In this document: positions 58,880 through 64,000 of the stretch, piece by piece | Position numbering within the stretch: position 1 is the first letter of the stretch | Layout: each line of letters opens with the position of its first letter | From: an uncultured delta proteobacterium | Lineage (GTDB): Bacteria > Desulfobacterota > Binatia > UBA9968 | Direction of reading: 5' to 3' | Assembly: GCA_963760795.1 (NCBI GenBank) | Contig: CAVXEP010000005.1 | Coordinates: forward strand, 98,609-162,608 | Length of the DNA: 64,000 nt | Made by a program: the position numbers and the translations under genes | The notes under the pieces: model-generated | What the model saw: only the letters and a program-made list of their open reading frames with translations | What the model was told of the DNA's origin: nothing | Database searches by the model: none

Positions 58880-59884
58880 ATGAAACCTACTCGGCACGGC
58901 CTGGCAAACCTGCTGGCGATTTTTGCTTTCACATTGATCGGGGCGCAATCCTTAATCGCCGCCGATCGCATCCGCGTCGGCCTCAGCTCCTTCACACCGA
59001 TCAATGCCGCTTTGTGGATTGCCGAGGAGAAAGGGCTGTTCAAAAAATACGGCATCGAAAGCGAAGTGGTTTTGATCGGCGGCGCCTCCGCGGGCGGCGT
59101 GAGCTCGCTGATCGCCGGCGACGTGCAATTTCTCGGCGGCGGAGGCGGCGGAGTGATCAGCGCGGCGCTCAGCGGCGCCGACGTGATCATGATCGGCTCC
59201 ATCGTCAACAAAGGCGTGCAGCGAGTCGTCGCCCGCGGCGACATCAGGCGGCCCGAAGATCTCCGCGGTAAAAAAATCGGTATCACCCGGCTCGGCGCGG
59301 CATCGCATTTGGTGCTATTGATCATGCTGCGCAACTGGAACATGACGCCCAACGACGTGCAGACGCTGCAAATCGGCTCGTCGCCGGCGATGATGGCGGC
59401 GCTGGAAAAAGGCGGCATCGACGCCGCCGTGCTCACCGAACCGACGTTCTTTTTCGCCGACGACCAGGGCTACCGGACCCTCGCCGACCTTGCCGACATG
59501 GATATCTACTATTTACACAGCATGATCGACACCACGCGCAGCTACTTGCGCGCGCATCGAGATGTCGCTGCGCGCTTCATGAAAGGTTATGTGGAAGGCA
59601 TCGCCTACTTCAAAAAAAACCGCAAAGAGAGCATTGACGTGCTGGCAAGAAAGCTGCGCACGGCGCCAGCTCAGACCAAGTATCTGGAACGTTCCCATGC
59701 GCTTTACACTTCCGGCTACTTTGAAAACGCACCCTACGTTTCGTTGAAAGGCGTAACGACCTTGCTCGATTTTTATGGACGGGATAATCCGCGCGCCAAG
59801 ACCGCCAACCCGCAGAGCTTTTTCGATAACAGCTTGGTCAAGGAACTGGACGATAGTGGCTTCATCAAGAAGCTTTACGAGTAG
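58880..59884 (+). CDS. ABC substrate-binding protein (NitT/TauT/SsuA class)
   Basis: WIAEEKGLFKKYG, DLRGKKIGITRLG and ELDDSGFIKKLY. Confidence 0.88.
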   Translation: MKPTRHGLANLLAIFAFTLIGAQSLIAADRIRVGLSSFTPINAALWIAEEKGLFKKYGIESEVVLIGGASAGGVSSLIAGDVQFLGGGGGGVISAALSGADVIMIGSIVNKGVQRVVARGDIRRPEDLRGKKIGITRLGAASHLVLLIMLRNWNMTPNDVQTLQIGSSPAMMAALEKGGIDAAVLTEPTFFFADDQGYRTLADLADMDIYYLHSMIDTTRSYLRAHRDVAARFMKGYVEGIAYFKKNRKESIDVLARKLRTAPAQTKYLERSHALYTSGYFENAPYVSLKGVTTLLDFYGRDNPRAKTANPQSFFDNSLVKELDDSGFIKKLYE

Positions 59885-60069
59885 AATACGAACCCTAGCA
59901 GTATCATGAGCAGAAAGGGTCGATTCCAAGCAGCGCACACTGCCTGCCAGCGTCATGCTCGACTACGTTACCACGTGTTGGAGGTATTCCTGAGACGCGA
60001 ATATCGACTCGATAAGAACCCGGCCTGCTTCAGATTTGAACGTCAACAGGCCTAACCGCAGGAGCAAGC

Positions 60070-60810
60070 ATGGCTAATCGCTTTTCACTTCGTGAGCGGC
60101 TGATGATGCTGCTAATTATTCTACTTATCGCAACCGTTTATCTACAGGACTCCGGTTTCCTTACTGCAACGTCAGCACAGGTGGCAGTCGACCGATTTCA
60201 TAAGCTTTTCTACGACAGCGGAATCTGGGTGACGACGAAATGGCTTGGAGTGCCAACCGGGCAAAACCCCAACGACGCATGGATTCATCAGGAAATTATT
60301 GTCAGTACCAAACCAGACTTTATTGTCGAGGCTGGCACATTGTTCGGCGGCAGTGCCGCTTTGTGGGCAACAATTTTACAGCAGGTAAATCCTGACGGAC
60401 GCGTCATCACGATCGACATTAAAGATCAGGCCAGTGCGGCCAAGAATCTTCCGATTGTAAAAGACAAGGTCGAATTTCTAATTGGCAGTTCCGTGGACCG
60501 AGCGATTGTTGAGGAGGTAACAAAACGTGTTAAGGGAAAGAGGGTATTGGTTATCCTAGACTCGGACCACAGCAAAGCTCACGTGCTTGCCGAAATGAAA
60601 GCCTATGCGCCCTTGGTTTCGAAAGACAGTTACCTGATTGTTCAAGACACAAACGTTAATGGACATCCTGTGCTGAAAAAATTCGGCCCAGGTCCGATGG
60701 AGGCTGTCAACGAGTTTTTAGCCACCAACGACGAATTTCATCGGGACCGCGAGGCTGAACGGTTGATGTTCACCATGCATCCGAACGGTTATTTAAAGAA
60801 AATTAAGTGA
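60070..60810 (+). CDS. CmcI (cephalosporin hydroxylase) family methyltransferase with N-terminal membrane anchor
   Basis: WLGVP, KPDFIVEAG..GGSA, VILDSDHS and YLIVQDT. Confidence 0.9.
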   Translation: MANRFSLRERLMMLLIILLIATVYLQDSGFLTATSAQVAVDRFHKLFYDSGIWVTTKWLGVPTGQNPNDAWIHQEIIVSTKPDFIVEAGTLFGGSAALWATILQQVNPDGRVITIDIKDQASAAKNLPIVKDKVEFLIGSSVDRAIVEEVTKRVKGKRVLVILDSDHSKAHVLAEMKAYAPLVSKDSYLIVQDTNVNGHPVLKKFGPGPMEAVNEFLATNDEFHRDREAERLMFTMHPNGYLKKIK

Positions 60811-60870
60811 GCGGTCCCGCTTATGAATTTATTAGGAATAGCTGTGAAACATTATCGCTCACTGCTGACT

Positions 60871-61509
60871 TCAACTCTCCAAAGAACGCCAGAGATACCA
60901 TGACGCAATCGACCGATAGGGCCGCCAGCTTTCCGCAACGCGCGGCAATAAGGTAGCTGAACTGCGCTTTTTGCCGTAAAGATTCCGCGCGGCGCGTTGT
61001 AACCCGGCGTCACCGATAGCGAGAACATCTAATCGCTTCAAGCCAAACAGCAGAAACATCTCCGCGGTCCAGCGGCCGATGCCGGGGACTATTACTAGCT
61101 TCTCAATCACGGCTTCGTCATTGAGGGACAAGATTCCCTCGAAGTCCAATCTGCCGTCACTGACATGCGCTGCAAGTTCGCCGATGTAACGGGTCTTTGC
61201 CCCCGAGAGTCCGGCACCGCGTAATTGCGCCGGCGCGATGGAAAGCACCTTGCCGATTTGAAACGGCATGCCGACTAGAACCCCCACACGCTGCTTGATC
61301 GTCGCCGCTGCTCGTGTCGAAAGCTGCTGGCTGATGATCGAGTTGGCGAGCATATGAAACGGCTCGAACTCACGCTCGGCGATGGAACAGTGACCATGCT
61401 TGGCGATCAGCCGTTTCATAACCGGGTCGGCTTTGGCTAATTCGCGTTCGACCCGGCGAATGGTCCGGTCGATTGCGGGTATGTCGAGTGATGTAGTGGC
61501 TTGCTTCAT
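60871..61509 (-). CDS. alkA: DNA-3-methyladenine glycosylase II (AlkA family)
   Basis: IISQQLS, HhH GIGRWTAEM, GDAG and WRPYRSIASWYLW. An alternative start exists at 61584. Confidence 0.9.
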   Translation of the reverse strand: MKQATTSLDIPAIDRTIRRVERELAKADPVMKRLIAKHGHCSIAEREFEPFHMLANSIISQQLSTRAAATIKQRVGVLVGMPFQIGKVLSIAPAQLRGAGLSGAKTRYIGELAAHVSDGRLDFEGILSLNDEAVIEKLVIVPGIGRWTAEMFLLFGLKRLDVLAIGDAGLQRAARNLYGKKRSSATLLPRVAESWRPYRSIASWYLWRSLES

Positions 61510-61580
61510 AGTTCTGAGATCCTGCAAGAAGCGATGCCGTCCGCGGCACCAGCGAATAATCTTTTCCTTAGACCCAATAT

Positions 61581-62720
61581 TCACGGCTCGCCGAAGAACC
61601 TAACCGCGTTGCCGTAGAGAATTTTTTGCTTCTGTCTTTCGTTAATGTCTTTGCGCGCGATGATTTCTTTGGCGGCGTTGTGGCGGCCTTCGCCGTGGGG
61701 CAGGTCCGAGGAGTAGAGAATCTGATCTTCGCCGAGCAACTCGATCTCCTGCGGTAATAACTTATCGTCCGCCTCGCCGGCTACGAAAATTCTTCCCGAC
61801 TTGGCGTACTCTTCGATGGCATGCTGCGGCACTTCGGTTTTGATCGGCATCTGACTGCGGTCGATGGGCAGGTAGTGATCGAGGCGCGGCACCATGTAGA
61901 GCATCCACTCGGCGCCGAATTCGAGAAAGCCGACTTTTAGATTTGGATAGCGGTCGAGCATGCCATGGCCGACGATGGCGACAAACGCCATCTGTGCCGG
62001 CAGACTCATGCCGATGCCATGGGCGGCGAGCAGGCCATTACAGACATCGGCGAAAGGCGGGTAGCTCATGCCCATATGCACGCACAACGGCAGACCGGAT
62101 TGAGCGAACTCATCCCACACCGGGGTAAAACTAGGATGACATAGCAAGCGGTCACCGGCGGTACCGTAAACCACGGCAGCAGCGGCGCCCAGCTCTTTCA
62201 TCTCAGCCAGCGCTGCACAGCCTTGACGCGCGTCGCGCAGCGGCAAGAGCCCGGCCCACTTGAGCCGTTGCGGCGCTTCGGCGCACTGGCCGCCGACATA
62301 ACGATTGTACGAGCGCATCAGCGCCGCTTCGAACGCCGGATCGTTGGTCATGCGCGCATAGAGCGTGGTCGGATAGAGCATCTGGTGATCGATACCCATG
62401 TAATCCAGGCCGCGCAGGCGCGCGCCGGTGTCGGATAGATCGAAACCGCTGAGAGGAAATTCCGGACTGTGGGTCTCGGCACCGAACTCTTCGAGCACCC
62501 GCGCCGGTTCATTGCCGGGTTGGCTGCCAGGGCCTAGCGCGTGGGGAATGATTTGCCCCTCGACCAACCAACCGTTGGTCCACCGTCCCATGTCGGCGAC
62601 GTCATGCACCCGTGTCGGCCGCGGCCGGCGCGCCACGAACTCTCGCGGCAAGGTTTCCCACATGCGCGGGCTCATCATCGCGTGAGCGTCGGCGTCAAAC
62701 AGACGATAACCTTGCAGCAT
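61581..62720 (-). CDS. Amidohydrolase_2 family protein
   Basis: DADAH, LYPT, SYN, CVH, FLEFG and SSDLPH. Confidence 0.9.
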   Translation of the reverse strand: MLQGYRLFDADAHAMMSPRMWETLPREFVARRPRPTRVHDVADMGRWTNGWLVEGQIIPHALGPGSQPGNEPARVLEEFGAETHSPEFPLSGFDLSDTGARLRGLDYMGIDHQMLYPTTLYARMTNDPAFEAALMRSYNRYVGGQCAEAPQRLKWAGLLPLRDARQGCAALAEMKELGAAAAVVYGTAGDRLLCHPSFTPVWDEFAQSGLPLCVHMGMSYPPFADVCNGLLAAHGIGMSLPAQMAFVAIVGHGMLDRYPNLKVGFLEFGAEWMLYMVPRLDHYLPIDRSQMPIKTEVPQHAIEEYAKSGRIFVAGEADDKLLPQEIELLGEDQILYSSDLPHGEGRHNAAKEIIARKDINERQKQKILYGNAVRFFGEP

Positions 62721-62777
62721 CTTTCTCTCCTTCGCCTGTCCGCTGCCAATAAAGCGGCTAATTAGTAAGGGACTGGC

Positions 62778-63971
62778 CTAACGCAGCACTTTGCGATCGT
62801 ATAACTCGTGAATATCCTCCGCCGACACGCCGAGGAGGTCACCGAGCACCGCTTCGTTGTCTTCGCCGGCGACATGAACCGGGCCATCTGCGATAACACG
62901 ATTGTGAGATAGCCGTGCCGTCGGGCCGGCCCTGGTTACCCAGCCGATCTTGCGATGATTCACTTCCCGCGCCAGGCCGCGTTCACGCAAGTGCGGATCG
63001 CGGTACAAGTCTTCAGCCGTCTGGACGACGCCCGCGGCGAAGCCATCGCGCTGCAGCAGGATCATCAACTGGTGCGGCGTGTACTTGCTCGTCCATGCTT
63101 CGATCTCGACATCGAGCTCGGCGCGGTTGACGATGCGCGCCGCGGGGTTGGCAAAGCGCGCGTCAACGAGCCATTCGCGGTGGCCGATGGATTCACAGAA
63201 ACGTTTCCATTCTTCCTGATTTTCTATCGCAATCGCGCACCAGCGATCGTCGCCCTTGCAGCGGTAGCAGCCATGGGGCGTCGCGGTCGCGCTGAAATTG
63301 CCCTGGGGTTCGGGCTCGCGGCCGTTGATGAGAAGTTCCAATAACGCCGGGCCGATCATCGACGCGGCGGTTTCGGCTTGCGAGATATCAATGTACTGCC
63401 CTTCGCCGGTGCGGGCTCTATGGTGCAGCGCGGCGAGGATCGCCACCGCACCATAGGATGGCGCGATGTAATCGGGAAAGGCGGTCTGGCTGCCGGCACC
63501 CGGCCGCTCTATCTGCGGGTCGCGCCAGAGATAAGTCATGCCGGAATAGGCCATGAGGATCGGACCGAAGCTGACATAGTCGCGCCGCGGACCGGTCTGA
63601 CCGAAAGCCTGCAAGCTCGCCATGACGATGTCCGGGCGAATTTCTTTCATGCGCGGATAATCCAGCCCCCAACTCGCCATCACCCGTGCGCTGAAATTCT
63701 CCACCACCACATCCGACTTGGCGATCAATTGTTTCGCCAGCGCCAGCCCCTCGGGATTTTTCATGTCGAGGGCGATGCGCTTACGCTCGCGGTTGCTTTC
63801 GAGATCCGCCGCTACCTGCCAACGCTGGCCCCGTTGCGGGCTGCTGATGACCCGGCCGGCTTCGATGGTAATCACCTCAGCGCCCTGATCGGCCAAGAGT
63901 CCCGCCAACGCTGGACCGACGATTCCCGTCGGGAAACTGATTACGCGAATACCTTCGAGGGGTTTTCGCAT
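62778..63971 (-). CDS. CaiB/BaiF family III CoA-transferase
   Basis: PLEGIRV, ENFS, FGQTGP, FPD and GEGQYIDISQ. Confidence 0.92.
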   Translation of the reverse strand: MRKPLEGIRVISFPTGIVGPALAGLLADQGAEVITIEAGRVISSPQRGQRWQVAADLESNRERKRIALDMKNPEGLALAKQLIAKSDVVVENFSARVMASWGLDYPRMKEIRPDIVMASLQAFGQTGPRRDYVSFGPILMAYSGMTYLWRDPQIERPGAGSQTAFPDYIAPSYGAVAILAALHHRARTGEGQYIDISQAETAASMIGPALLELLINGREPEPQGNFSATATPHGCYRCKGDDRWCAIAIENQEEWKRFCESIGHREWLVDARFANPAARIVNRAELDVEIEAWTSKYTPHQLMILLQRDGFAAGVVQTAEDLYRDPHLRERGLAREVNHRKIGWVTRAGPTARLSHNRVIADGPVHVAGEDNEAVLGDLLGVSAEDIHELYDRKVLR

Positions 63972-64000
63972 TGCCGCATTCGCGGTCGTCGCTAACGCAA

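Noticed and set aside
60070-60810. Beta-lactam biosynthesis or resistance implied by the CmcI and MBL family names
   Set aside because: Both families are broad, and no supporting biosynthetic or resistance context is present.

Overview
GC-rich bacterial DNA. Its content (16 periplasmic binding proteins, CoA-transferases, amidohydrolases, acyl-CoA dehydrogenases, a cupin-eutA pair) resembles uncultured Binatia/'Deltaproteobacteria' genomes; the taxonomy is inference only. No rRNA, tRNA, CRISPR array, integrase or transposase is visible. Main highlights: (1) 35365-39645, a two-gene module of a caspase-family protease and a 1.1k-aa alpha/beta-hydrolase + Macro-like + CHAT protease fusion. It sits on a ~6 kb segment bounded by an 84-bp diverged duplication of a hydrolase gene's 3' end and is a candidate protease-cascade conflict system. 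(2) 224-2689, a lower-GC, tightly overlapping operon of a 5'-truncated gene, a PD-(D/E)xK-like protein and an N6-adenine methyltransferase, a candidate R-M-like defence locus. (3) 11764-12354, an AhpD/CMD-like gene with an in-frame UGA in CxxU followed by a SECIS-like hairpin, i.e. a selenoprotein that the ORF track splits in two. (4) A ~1.1-kb diverged direct duplication flanking BON/LysM/GlsB genes. (5) Many intergenic palindromes of several families, including GTAG-REPs and 7- or 9-bp periodic inverted repeats. Several genes carry single-base frameshifts that may be assembly errors. All product calls come from motif recognition by eye, not database searches.
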